Source: Octopus vulgaris (lineage: Eukaryota). From it: DNA of 64,000 nt. Location of the stretch: positions 180,296,001-180,360,000 of the forward strand of contig OX597815.1 in the NCBI GenBank assembly GCA_951406725.2, read 5' to 3'. How positions within the stretch are numbered: position 1 is the first letter of the stretch; every line of letters begins with the position of its first letter. Positions 25,083-38,391 of this stretch are shown here, one piece after another. Under the pieces are notes generated by a model, which ran no database searches, had not been told where the DNA came from, and was given only the letters and a program-made list of their open reading frames with translations. The translations under genes were made by a program, and so were the position numbers.

Positions 25083-25379
25083 TAATGTAAAGTATAGAAA
25101 CCATCTTATCATGGCTAACCACATTGGGGAGGGGGTTGTTACTGTAGCTTTTTAGCCCCAAGAGATCTTCGTCTCTAGCTGGCTCTAAACACAATATCTG
25201 TGTCTTTGGAGTGTTTGCAAAGGGAGGCCATCCCTTCCTCGCAAGCCTGAGTGATACGCTCGAACTAGTTTCGGGATGTTTGTCCCTCGTCAACGGGCGG
25301 CAACTGTATAAAGCTACAGTAACAACCCCCTCCCCAATGTGGTTAGCCATGATAAGATGGCTTCTATACTTTACATTAT
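25083..25379. mobile_element. Penelope-like fragment with ~69-bp inverted arms
   Basis: 25083-25151 vs 25311-25379 form a near-perfect inverted repeat; the loop contains a hammerhead motif. Confidence 0.7.
25257..25299 (-). ncRNA. Minimal type-I hammerhead motif, U3.G8 core
   Basis: cgcccg TTGACGA ggga caaaca tccc GAAA ctag TT cgagcg. Helix I pairs at 5 of 6 positions, helix II has 4 bp, and helix III is the palindromic CTAG. Confidence 0.7.
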
Positions 25380-25999
25380 TGAGCGATTACTGTTTCAATC
25401 TCATTCTGAGATTTAATTATGCATATTATATAATGTAATCTTAAATACCTCTACAAAGATGTCATGGATGGATTGTCTTTTATCATTAATCTATTTGAAC
25501 CTGAGTGTTTTCTTAATGCAGGGCTTCAGCAGCATCAGTGCCCATTCGGGAGCAATCATTGGAATCGTCTCCAAGCTGGCCCCACTCTCTTTCCCATCCA
25601 TTTCATAACAAACAACAGAAAAGCATTAATTTTGTATGATGCGTAATTTGTTTTTGACAGCAGTTTCAATGAGGTAAAACATCTTCATTTATGTAAGTAC
25701 AAAATTAACTCACATAATTAATTTAAATACGATGGCTTATCCATCACATCAGAAGAAAAAGATTTTAAATGTGCGCACGCGCACACACGCACATTACATA
25801 TTCTTTTACTCTTTTACTTGTTCCAGCCATGCTGGAGCACAGCCTTTAGTCAAGCAAATCGACCCCGGGACTTATTCTTTGTAAGCCTAGTACTTATTCT
25901 ATCGGTCTGTTTTGCTGAACTGCTAAGTTACGGGGACATAAACACACCAGCTTTGGTTGTCAAGCAATGTTGGGGGGACAAACAGATACACAAACACAT

Positions 26000-26047
<48 letters not shown>

Positions 26048-28015
26048 GGCTTCTTTCAGTTTCCATCTACTAAATGCACTCAATAAGCTTTGGTTGGCCC
26101 AAGGCTATAGTAGAAGACACTTGCCCAAGGTGCCACTCAGTGGGACTGAATCCGGAACTATGTGGTTGGTAAGCAAGCTACTTACCACACAGCCACTCCT
26201 ATGCCCATATATGTATGTATAAACCTGTTTACAAAAAATTTCTTCTAAAAAATTTTTCTTGTTAGGGATATAATATCCGAGCAGGCACCAGTTTTGTGCT
26301 TTTACCAATTGAGGACGCTTGATATCATGCATGTGCTTATGTACTAATAATTGTTGGTTAGTTTGACCATTCTTAGTACTTTTCACTTCCGAAAATTCAG
26401 TTGTCCCTATAGTGACCCCATTCTTTTCGATATAAGAGAAATAATTAATAAGAAAATTACTATTTTTAAATCTCACAGCTAGAGATATTCAGCAACAGTA
26501 CTTTGGAGTAAAGATTGTTTGCCAACATAACATGGCAGTCCTGGTTTAGGATGAATGTTGCTGTAATTTAGCCCCAGGAGGCATCGTCTCTAGCTGGCTA
26601 TACAACGTGATCTGTGCTAGGGACATGTATAAAGCACCATCCGAACATGACCAATGCCAGTGTCACCTGGCTGGCTCCTGTGCTGGTGGAACACAATAAG
26701 CACCATGTGCCTTGTGCCTAGAGTAGAAAGTTGTTGCTGTTGTTTAACCCTGTTCAGTCCTGGTACAGTGGATCTATGATTTAAGAGGTACATAGGGTAG
26801 TGTAACCTAAAGGTACATGGCTTAGTGGTTTAGGTATTTGGCTCATGATTATCAGGTCATTGGTTCAATTCCTGGCAGTGCCTTGAATCCCTGAGCGAGA
26901 CACCTTATTTCATGTTGCTCCAATCCACTCAGCTGGCAGAAACAAGTTGCACCTGTGTTTCAAAAAGGGCCAGCCTTGTCACACTCTTGTGTCACCCTGA
27001 ATCTCCTTGAGAACTATGTTAAGGGTATGCATGTCTGTGGAGCGCTCAGTCACTTGCATGTTAATTTCACGAGCAGGCTGTACCATTGACCAAATCAACT
27101 GGAACTCTGGAACTGAAGGAGTGCCAGTTTTCTTATTTTATATAAGTATTTATGATGTGATTTGAGGGAGATACAGCTGTTATTTCTGGCAGCTGAAAGC
27201 TCTCTCTCTTTCGCTTATATTGCTACTGTTATTTATGGTGTTCTGGAAATTTCAGCTCTGTTGTTTTTCTTTAAACCATATTTTACTGATTCTAACTTAT
27301 TTATAGTCAGTGTTTTTGTTTATTTGTGGGGTTTTTTTTTTTATATTTTGTTTTCTGCTGACATGGTTGCTGTTGTTGCTGTTCTTGTTCCTGTTGTTGT
27401 ATAATACGATCTCTTACATCTTAATCATTCTAAATTAACGAACAAATTTAAAAATATATAAATATTTGGCATTTGATAAACCAAATTAATTGAATTACTT
27501 TGTAAGCAACAAACAATATAAACAAGTAAATAAATAATGCAATAAAAAGTAATAAAAATTATATGCAAAACAAATAAAAAAAATTAAATTAGACGCTGCA
27601 TTTGTTTGCTGGGATTTTTTTGTTTTGCTTATTATTATTTTTTTTTTGTTGCTTATGTTAATGATTTTGTGACTTAAAGCATATTTTTTATTAGATTTAT
27701 CAGAGTTTAGGATTTTAAATACATTTAGGCAACATGTAGTTTAATACATGAAGACCGAAGATTCGTAATACATGGAAAGTCAGGAAACATGGAAAGAAAA
27801 TGAGGAAAAGCTTGTTCTAAAGCACATTCCGGCTATCAAATGGTTTTCTGTTAGGCTTACGACTAATTGTAATGGAATTAATTTTATGAATTAGTAAAAT
27901 TTACTTTTATTAACAAATTGCACATTCTACTTCCTTTTCTACCTCCACCATCGGTACTTCGTTTTCTCCCGTTATAATTGTAACATAATTATAACACTAG
28001 TAATAAATATAATTA

Positions 28016-28398
28016 AGGCAGCAAGCTGGCAGAGTCGTTAGCACGCCGGACGAAAAGCGTAGCCGTATTTCGTCTGCCGTTACGTTCTGAGTTCAAGTTC
28101 TGCCGAGGTCCTTTTGGGGTCGATAAATTAAGTACCAGTTATGCATTGGGGTCGATGTAATCAGCTTAATCCCTTTGTCTGTCCCTGTTTGTCCTCTCTG
28201 TGTTTAGCTCCTTGTGAGTAGTAAAGAAATAGGTATTTCGTCTGCCATTACGTTCTGAGTTCAAATTCCACCGAGGTCCTTTCGGAGTCGATAAATTAAG
28301 TACCAGTTACGCACTGGGGTCGATGTAATCAGCTTAATCCCTTTGTCTGTCCTTGTTTGTCCCCTCTGTGTTTAGCCCCTTGTGGGCAGTAAAGAAAT
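28016..28398 (+). mobile_element. Dimeric SINE family B
   Basis: Body repeated in tandem with junction gtaaagaaataggtatttcgtctgccattacg; same structure at 60390-60783. Confidence 0.85.
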
Positions 28399-28460
28399 AT
28401 ATATTTTCATTTTATACCACCCAGTTTACATTAAAATTGATTCTACTTCTCTTCTGGTAT

Positions 28461-30262
28461 ATAACTTTAGATGGTCGATTATGGAAGACATTCAAGGAAG
28501 CCTGTTTTAAATGGGGACTCATCGATACAGACAATTATTATGACAGTATGCTTGAAAAAGCATCTCTCTGTTGATCTCCGTCGAAGCTTTGTCATCTATT
28601 TGCCATTATGTTGCTTTTCTGCAACTTGGTTAACACACCTTCATTGTGGAATAAATACAGGGATCATATGTGCTACGATATATGGCTTCAATCCTGTCAG
28701 GCTACCGAAAATTCCACCACTTCTTTTACTCCCTCTATGTATAATGCAGGTCTTATTCATTCGGAGGAATTGGCTGTGGCAATTGGAGGCCAAAGTTTGG
28801 AGGCATACTGCCTTCCTTCTCCGGATCGAAACCAAATGCAAACCTTTAATCGACTTATCCTTAAAGAAACATGCTACGATAAAACCAAACTTCAAAAATA
28901 TGTAGCTGTCAACGAGCCTCTCCTTAATCAAGATCAAAAATACGTTTACAAATCCGTTTCATAGCAATAAAGGTGGGGTCATCTTCATAGATGCACCTGG
29001 AGGGACAGGAAAAACTTTTTTGTTTAACCTTATTCTTTCTAATATAAGACAAAATGGTGACATTGCACATGCTGTTGCCTCCTCCGGTATAGCTGCAACT
29101 TGATTAGAAGGTGGGTGGACAGCACACTCGACTTTCAAGATACCACTGAATATTGTTCACCAAGAAAACACTATTTGCAATATTTCACATTCTTCTGACG
29201 AAGCTGTACTGCTGAAAAAATGTAAATTAATTGTTTGGGATGAAGTGGCCATGTCCCATAAAACCACTTTTCAGGCACTAGACGCCACAATGAAAGATCT
29301 CAGGTCAAACGAGAATGTTTTTAGAGGGGCCATTCTTCTTCTCACAGGTGACTTCAGACAGACACTTCCCGTCGTACCAAATGGATCACCTGCTGATGAA
29401 GTGAATGTCTGCGTAAAAAATTCCTCTTTTTGGCCTTCTGTCGAGGTGCATAAACTGACAATTAATATGCGATCTCTGTTACAAACTGGGCTTCCCTCTT
29501 TGCCATTTTCTTCTCAACTCCTCCACATTGGCAATGGTCAACTAGAGTCCGGTGATAGTGGAAACATCGATACTTCTACAATTGGCCACTCTGTTCCACG
29601 TTCCATGATCTCTGCTCTTCTGTGTATCCTAATTTATCGACTGACTTCATGAAAACTGATTGGCTTTGTGAGAGACCTTTTCTTGTGCCCACAAATGCTG
29701 CAGTTAAGCTTATCAATCACGAGTTAGTCATTTGGCCTCCATTCAACTCTGTTACAAGTCAGTTGACACTTTTACTGACTTTAATCAAGCTACCAACTTC
29801 CTGACGGAGTTTCTCAACTCTGAGGATCCCCCCGGATTACTTCCTCATGAGTTGTATTCAAAAACCAGAGCTCCCATCATCATTTTATGTAATTTAAACC
29901 CACCCTTTCATTGTAATGGAATGCAACTGGTGGTCAAACAACTTATGAATCTTGTGACTGAGGTGGAAATCATCACAAGACCTGGGCGAAATGAAACTGT
30001 TTATATTCCCAAAATTTCATCCATTCCTTCTGACTGCCCCTGAAAAGGTTGCAATTCTCTAGGAAGGTGAGTTTTGCCTTGACCATCAACAAATCTCAAG
30101 GTCAATCTCTTAAAGTTGTTGGTTTAGGTCTTTGTACCCACTGTTTTTCACATGGCCAGTTCCAGAGTTGGCTGTTCCAGAGTTGGTGATCCCGATGATC
30201 TTTTTATTTATGCTCCTAACAATAAAACAAAAAACATTGTATATAAATATGCTCTTCAATAA
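28461..30262 (+). pseudogene. Helitron RepHel PIF1-family helicase, 5'-truncated and disrupted
   Basis: TFKEACFKWGLI, FIDAPGGTGKTFL (Walker A), AVASSGIAAT, TAHSTFKIP, LIVWDE (Walker B), GDFRQTLPVV, CNLNPP..CNG, FALTINKSQGQSL, TKNIVY; several stops and frameshifts. Confidence 0.95.
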
Positions 30263-31737
30263 TCCTACACCCACCATCCACCATTTTTGTACTCAACCTG
30301 GGACAAATACAGTGAAATCTCACTTATGTAGTATGGTGAAATGAAAAACTTTGATTAATCCAAACCCAATTTCCAAAACTATTTCTAAGGATGCTTAAAA
30401 TCTTAAAACCACAGACAAAAGAGATTCTGGAGTGAACTACTGCTATCTCTAGGAGAAGAGTATCCACCACTGAGAAAAATTGTACAAATAGCTCAAAACT
30501 GTACGGTCTGGTGGTCCCCTCGCTGGAAGATGGATGGGATTCATTCCCCTGCTTGCAATAGGTATTCTGTTAACCAATCAATTGGAGGAGGTGTCCTCCT
30601 GGGGTCGGAATGGCAGTAATGTCCGTTCTTACAGAACAGTTATATTGATGTAGTGGTAAGCATTACTTCTCATTATAGTTACTACTTTCATCTTTTATAG
30701 AAATTTTCTAACTAGCTAATTTGCATGTTCCAAATAAAATCAATTAAAATGTTTGAGAAATACAGAAAGTACCATATGGAAGCAAATTTGGTTTTTATCC
30801 ACCAACAGTATGAATAATTTCAGTTCATTGTAATTTTCAAACTCACATTATTAAATTTAACTGTCTTCAATGCCACTGCCCATCTCCCTGTTGAGAGGCT
30901 TTTGGTTTGCAAGGAACTTGGTCACCCTGATGGTGATGGTGCCATGTAAAAAGCACTGGTTCTGGTTCCACATAAAAATACTGGTGCTGGTTCCATATAA
31001 AAATCACTGGTAATGGTTCCACATTAAAAGCATTGGTGATGATGCCATGTAAAAAGTGCTGATTCTGGCTCTAAATAAAAAAAAAACACCCAGTGCACTC
31101 TGTAGAGTGGTTGGCATTAGGAAGGGCATCCAACTAACCCTAACAATGCCTAAACAGACAATAGCACCACTGTGTGGCTCCTGGCCTTGCTGCCAGTCAA
31201 GCCATCCAACCCATGCTGACATGGAAAGCAGATGTTAAATGATGATGATGATGATGATGACAAAATCTTTATTACATATGTGAAACTTTCATATTTGTAT
31301 GTAGTACACAGAGCACTCCCTTGAAGTATTTCCTTTCTCTAATATTGTTGATAATAGACCCTGTTCCTCGTTAATATCTTCAAACCACCCCATGCAATAA
31401 CGAGAAGGAGAGAGAAGCTGGCTGTGTATCATTGCTGAGTCACCAGCTTTAAATGTTTGAGAGAAAATCCTTGAGCAACTCAAAGGTGTATAACTTTCAA
31501 TATACACTAGAAGCTATTTCCACCGTTCTTCAGATTAAAATGTCTTTTCAGAAGTAATGAATGCCATGACAGCCAGTAATATATTTCCCCCACATATCTT
31601 TGACTACATGCCAGCAGGGGATGCCTCTTTTGTATACTTTGTCTCATATTCAACGTCATAGCAAGTTACCACCCAAAATAAATATCTGAAACACATGCAC
31701 ACACTGTGTCTATACACGCACACACACACACACAGAG

Positions 31738-31952
31738 ACAGGGTGGTGAAAAGTTCCTGGCATTGAGTAAAAGAAAATAGAAGAGGATCAGTTAATTATG
31801 ATTTTATTCAACATATTCCCCTCTCAGATTCACACACTTATTGCAGTGGTCCTTCAGTTTTTCTAAGCCCTGTAAAAAACTTGGATGGATGGGCCTCCAG
31901 CCCAGGCCTTTCACAATCCCCTTAAAGCCAGGAACTTTTCAGCACCCCTTTG
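31738..31952. mobile_element. Mariner-derived MITE
   Basis: TIRs gggtggtgaaaagttcctggc / gccaggaacttttcagcacccc followed by TA; same TIR as the mariner at 13173-13200. Confidence 0.85.
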
Positions 31953-32659
31953 TATTTGCATGCGTGTGTGTGTGTACTCTTTTACTCTTTACTCTTATAC
32001 TTGTTTCAGTCAGTTGACTGTGGCCATGCTGGAGCACCGTCTTTAGTCAAGCAAATCGACCCCAGGACTTATTCTTTGTAAGCCTAGTACTTATTCTATC
32101 GGTCTCTTTTGCCAAAACCGCTAAGTTATGGGAACGTAAATACACCAGCATCGGTTGTCAAGCGATGTTGGGAGGACAAACATATACACACACACACATA
32201 CATATATACGACAGGCTTCTTTCAGTTTCCATCTACCAAATCCACTCACAAGGCTTTGGTCGGCCCAAGGCTATAGTAGAAGACACTTGCCCAAGATTCC
32301 ACACAGTGGGACTGAACTCGGAACCATGTGGTTTGTAAGCAAGCTACTTACCACACAGCCACTCTGTGTGTATCTTTTATCTTTTACTTGTTTCAGTCAT
32401 TAGACTGCAGCCGTGCCGGGGCAGACTGTGGCCATGCTGGAGCATAGCCTTGCAGAATTTTAAGCCGAATGACTTGATCCCAGTACTTATTCTTCTTTAA
32501 ACCTGGTACATAATTTTATGGGCCTCTTTTGCTGAACATCTAAGTTATGGGGACATAAGCACTCCAACACACCAAGTGGCTTCAATGCCATGGTTCAGTT
32601 GTAGAATTCCTTCTTTTATTGGTTATGGTGTTTTTGCAGGGCAAATAGTCAGATATAGT

Positions 32660-33680
32660 ACTAGCAGCTATTCAGGGCAAAGTTCAGAGAGCTCTGCTGG
32701 TGACAAAGGGCCTCTTGCTCAGAATAAAAGGTAGACTGTATGACACATGTGTACGAACAGCCATGCTACATGGCAGTGAAACATGGGCTGTGACTGCTGA
32801 GGACATGCGTAAGCTCGCAAGGAATGAAGTCAGTATGCTCTGATGGATGTGTAATGTCAGTGTGCATACTCAACAGAGTGTAAGTACCTTGAGAGAAATG
32901 TTGGACCTAAGAAGCATCAGTTGTGGTGTGCAAAAAAGACGACTGCGCTGGTATGGTCATGTGGCGAGAATGGATGAGGATAGCTGTGTGAAAAAGTGAC
33001 ACACCCTAGGACCTGGGATGAAGCGTGAAGCACGACCTTTGAACATTAGACCTCACCGAGGCAATGACTAGTGACTGAGACCTTTGGAAATATGCTGTGC
33101 TTGAGAAGACCCGGCAAGCCAAGTGAAACCATAACCCATGGCCAATGCCAGGGGTGTAACCAGCCCACTTATGCATACCTTTCCTTTATTGGACACTAAA
33201 CTCTGCTTGCGAAGACCTGTTGAGGCAAGTGAAATCAAAATCAAATTCGATGACTGGCATCTGTGCTAGAGTGCTAAGAGCATGATCCGAGCATGATCGT
33301 TGCCAGAGCAGCTGACTGGCTTCTGTGCCGGTGGCATGTAAAAAGCACCATTCGAGCCCCACCTTACTGGCACGTGAAAAAACATTTGAGTGAGGTCATT
33401 GCCAGTGCTGCTGGACTGGCTCCTGTGCAGGTGGCACATATAAAGCACCATTTGAGCATGGCCGTTGCCAGTACCGCCTGACTGGCCCTCATGCTGGTGG
33501 CACATAAAAGCACCCACTACACTCTCGGAGTGGTTGGCGTTAGGAAGGGCATCCAGCTGTAGAAACTCTGCCAGATCAAGATTGGAGCCTGGTGCAGCTA
33601 TCTGGTTCGCCAGCTCTCAGTCAAATCGTCCAATCCATGCTAGCATGGAAAGCGGACGTTAAACGATGATGATGATGATG
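32660..33680 (+). mobile_element. RTE-clade LINE, 5'-truncated (ORF C-terminus, 3' UTR and (GAT)n tail)
   Basis: KGRLYDTCVRTAMLHGSETWAVT...ML*WMCNVS...RRLRWYGHVARMDE; UTR with gcacgtaaaaagcacc repeats. Confidence 0.92.
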
Positions 33681-34063
33681 AGTACTATTATTAATAATGC
33701 TAAAAACATTTTGGTATACAATAAATAAGCTGTTAAGACATTTAATAAAACAAGGGTATAGATGTGGTTAGTTTGGTTAAAACTTTTAATAGCTGTTTAG
33801 GTGGTAGACTTCAAATTTTAAATACATATGGGGTAGTTTCTAGTCTTTCACTTGGCAAATATTTGTGAAGATTTAGAATGTTAATGATTCAAGTTATTTG
33901 CTTGCTACGTCACCAATATTGTTTGAGACAATTAACCAATTAGTTATTGCGTACTACGTCATCTACAGTTCAGATAATCTTTTGAGATCTGAAAGTGATG
34001 AACATGGTTTAGAAAAATATGTAAGTTTGTAGTTTTAGATTCACTTCAACATATACATTTAAT

Positions 34064-34112
34064 TTGTCAAAATATTTTCGTCGCTTTGAGACCGCGACCT
34101 GTTCACTGACAA
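34064..34112 (-). ncRNA. Minimal hammerhead-like motif, G3-C8 core variant (best-preserved copy)
   Basis: ttgtca GTGAACA g gtcgc ggtctcaaa gcgac GAAA atat TT tgacaa. Helix I is a perfect 6 bp, helix II 5 bp, helix III the palindromic ATAT. Confidence 0.65.
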
Positions 34113-34459
34113 TACTTCGTAATTTTGTTATCTTTTAATCAGTTTTAATTTGGCTTTAATCGTCGCAAAGTTTTATAATAACAGTTAATTACAGGTATAC
34201 ATTTATTACAATTATTGTTGTGGTGCACCTGAGCACTATTACAATAATTTCATTATTATTTATTAGTTCCTATTTATAAATTTATTCTTTTTATTAATTA
34301 CTGGTAAGTTTACATTATAGCTTGTAAGGGTGTTATATATTAATGAGTATGTAGTGTTTTTATTATCAACTTTTGAATTATGAAATAATGTATTTCAATC
34401 ATAATTATTATATAATTCATTAAATTCAATCGTGTTTTTGTTTTGGAGAGAATTGAAAC

Positions 34460-37400
34460 CGTGGAGCTGGACGACAGCCCCCCCCCCCCCCCAAACCGAG
34501 CTTTCAGACATTTAAAAATTTATTTCTGGTGATTCTTAGGTTTTCGAAGACGGAGGTTCCGAAGATGCAAAAAATCACGTTTTCAAAATTTTTAATTCCC
34601 CCACCACCACATTTTTTTTAATTTTTAACTTAAAAAAAATTTTTTTTTTTCAATCTACGTGGGAAAATACGTAAATTAACAATATAGCAAACAAAAAATG
34701 AATTAATTTCAAATTCTATATGAAAAACTCTAAATTTAATCGACACACCCCTCGCCTCTTAGCAAAAAAAAAAAGGGTGCGCGCGCTCAACAATCTACAG
34801 CAAACTGAAAATGAACGGCTGAGGAGGGTATGAGTTAGACGTGTGAAATAACAGCCAAATCTCTAGTTTTTCTTCTTTAATTATCTGCTAACAAATTCGA
34901 AAATAACAGTTGGGAAAAATTTTTACTTTACAAAATTCCAAGGTCAAACTAAAGTGCTTGACCCGAGCAAAAAAAAAAAAGTGTACAACGGTACTACTTA
35001 AGAAGAGTACTCACGCATCCGCGCTAGCTAGACATGACTATTCGATCTTTTGTGTTTTTTGTGTTTTATTTACTTTGTTTTTAAAATTTATTTACTTTGT
35101 GTTTTATTTACTTTGTTTAAAAAAATTGGATCTTTTCATTTTGAAGGCCAGATTTTCCTAGTTATCTAAACAATTTGAAACTTCGTATACTGGTAGAATG
35201 TGTCAAAAGAAAACAATTGTAAACCAAAATGAAAACGGAATTGTAATTTCTAAGTTTAACGTTGTTTAATAATTCGAATTTTAACCAATGGTATTCTTTC
35301 TTTCGACTTCATATCATTTACTGCCTCTCAAAATATTGTTACTGTGACGTAAACAGCTATTTTGTGACGTAGTTAACGTAAACATGTAAATAGCTAAAAT
35401 GTAAACATCCGCTTATCGTAAACAGCTAAATTCGCTTGGCATCGTACACAGCTTTTTCAGTTCCCTAGAATTATATTTGAAACAAAATAAAAAGAAAAAG
35501 ATTCATACACATAAATATCCATCCTTAGACATCAGAAAGATTAGAAATGCAACAAAAATTTAAAATACCGGATCTTTACCTTTTGACCTACAGATTTAAA
35601 AAATAAACACTTTCAAACTTCGTGGAGTATATATAAAATTTGTGTAGATCCTAAATAGCTACACACACATGTATACAAACATATGCATATATATATATAC
35701 ACCTATACACACATATTCTAATGCATATGCATATATCTCTCTCTATATAAACGGCAGTTTGTCTGTGCGTTTTCTGTGTGTCTGTTTTCTCGTACCCTCA
35801 CTCTGACCACGGCTTTCAACCGATTCTGATGAAACTTGGTCGAGAATCAGAAACCCAAACCACAGACCGTCTAGGGGACTCCACCTTTTTTAACTCTCAA
35901 AAAAAATTTACCATCATTTTTTTTCCATTTTTTTGCTATTTTTTGGCTATAACTCTCTAAAAATGCTTTATAGTTATTTCCCTTACAAACCTGAGCAACG
36001 CCGGGCGATACTGCTAGTGTGTATATATTTATAATGTGTGTGTATTATAGATGCATACATTATATATTTATAAAAGATGTTTACATACAATATATATATA
36101 TATGTTATATACATCTACATGTATATGTATGTATGAATAAATAAGTACCACAGAATTTGAATCAAACTGTTTTGATCCATACACACACACACACACACAC
36201 ATACATACATACACACATACTAAAATTACATCGTTGGAGCAGTAATTTATTTATGTATTTTTTGTTATACAATTTATTTTTAAGCTGAATCCCTATCCTG
36301 CTATTAACCCCTTTCTTATAAAATAGTTGAAGAATCTGGGGTGTAGGAATTGGGCCAGTATTGGAACTTTTAACTTCTTGCTCTCTATCTTATGATCTCC
36401 GAAATTTAAGAATCTTGTGTTAACTGGGCTCTTATTATTTACTCTGACTCTGCCACCACCTCAATGCAAAGACTATCAATATCAGAATCATCTTCACAAC
36501 CACCACTGAGACATCCTAACATAATCAATGCCACTACTATTATCATCATCCACTGCCGCCGCCACCACCACCACCTCTACAAAAACACCAACACTATAAT
36601 TGCTGCCATCATACACATCCACTGTCACCACTACACCACCACTGCCATGATAACCACATCTACCACAGCTGTTTGCTTACTGCTTACCCACGCTGTTTAA
36701 AATTTTCACAAAATAGCTGTCTACGTCACAGTAACACTATGCAGTTAATAATTTCAAATGAAAACAGACAATACAATTGGTTAAAATTCGCAGATTTAAA
36801 CTACGTTTAAACTTATAAATTACATTTTTCTCAAAAAAACTAGTTGAAATTAATGTTTTCTTTTGACACATTCTACCAGTATACGAAGTTTCAAATTATT
36901 TAGTTAACTAGAAAAATCTGAAAAATCTGGCCTTCAAAATGAAAAGATCCAAAATTATTTACTTTGTGTAAAAAAATTATTCATTTTGTGTTTTATTTAC
37001 TTTGCTAGGTAAGTCGTTGTAGGATCGACTAGTCACGACTATCTAATGCAAGTGCGCGCACTCTTAAATAGTACCAAATCTACAAAAATATCTAATTTGA
37101 GTAGTTCAACATATAGATAAAAAAAACTAAAATTGAATAACAGAACAGAAGACACTTTACAAGGGAAAAACATGCACAATTAAAATGACTTGCAACAAAC
37201 TGGAATTTAGTGAGGATAAAATCTCAGCAAATATGTCTCAGGAAAAGTGTGGAAGTTCTGGAGTCGGTTTTTGGCCGTTATCTTTTGTAAAACTCGCTCT
37301 ACATGCATTCGTCAATACATTAAACTCTGGGATCATCACAATAGATCTCTAAATAACATCTTTCTCCAATGAATGATCTGCCGTTCAAGAATTTGGACCT

Positions 37401-37945
37401 GGAGATCTCCATTTCCAGAGACTTCGAGGGCCACCTCCCAGTGGTGTCGGGCGTCAACGAAGAGCCCTCAACTACAACAAGACGACCAAAGTTTTTTTTT
37501 TTTTCCAAGGTTTGGGGGTCTCCCGCCCCTAAGCCCTAGACCATCACCTAATCGCCCTTACCCGTCTTGTTGCTTAACAACAACAACATGAATGATCTTT
37601 TATTGAAAAGCAACAGAGAGCAGACAAACGGCAATTAAGAATTGAAATTAGAAAGTTTAATGTCTTGATATAAATTCATATGTGTGCGTTCATGCAAATA
37701 TGTATGTGTATGTATATATGTTGACACACATTTCGAAAAAAGTTAATTAAAAAATTGGTGGGTGGAATTTAAAATTTCAAAAAAGTAATTTTTTTTTGCA
37801 TATTCGGAATCTCCGTCGTCGAAAACTTACAAATCCGCTGAGAATCGTTTACCTTTAAAGCGAAAAACAAGACCAACATGTTCGAAAAGCTTGTTTTTTT
37901 AATTTTTTATTTTTGAAAGGGTGAGGTGACTCGTCCAGCTCCATC
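34460..37945. mobile_element. Decayed ~3.5-kb foldback-like structure with nested inverted blocks
   Basis: tggagctggacga (~34462) / tcgtccagctcca (~37931); ~34530-34620 / ~37745-37830; ~34990-35368 / ~36706-37075. Confidence 0.55.
35736..36017 (+). mobile_element. Non-autonomous Helitron (deleted version of 7969-8341)
   Basis: A|TCtctctctatataaacggcag ... cgccgggcgatactgCTAG|T. Confidence 0.85.
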
Positions 37946-38391
37946 ATTACATATAAAGCTTTCACTTTCTGTTATTATAGTAGTAACTATGGAAGACCGG
38001 TGGGATTATTATTTGTATGGACTCTAAGATTGGTTGCTATTTAGTATGTAATTTAGTTATTGTAGGTTTACTATTAATACCGATACAGACGTACATAGAT
38101 TTGTGTTTCTATTTGTAGTTTAATTTTTTAAAGTTAGTGTTTAATCCTACCTATATTTAGATTGATGACTGTTGTACGTAGCATGAAAGTTGTGTGTTTT
38201 GTTTTTGGTTTGTTTGTTCCCAAACAACACTTTTAGTGTTGTTGACACCAAAGGATATAATGGTACTGCCCAGGTGTCGAAACCATAATGATATATGTGG
38301 GGCAGCTGATGATGGAGGTATGTTGGATTGTTGGTATGGCTCTTTTTGTATATGTGGAATAGTGCTATAACACATCCTTTTGAGATATATA

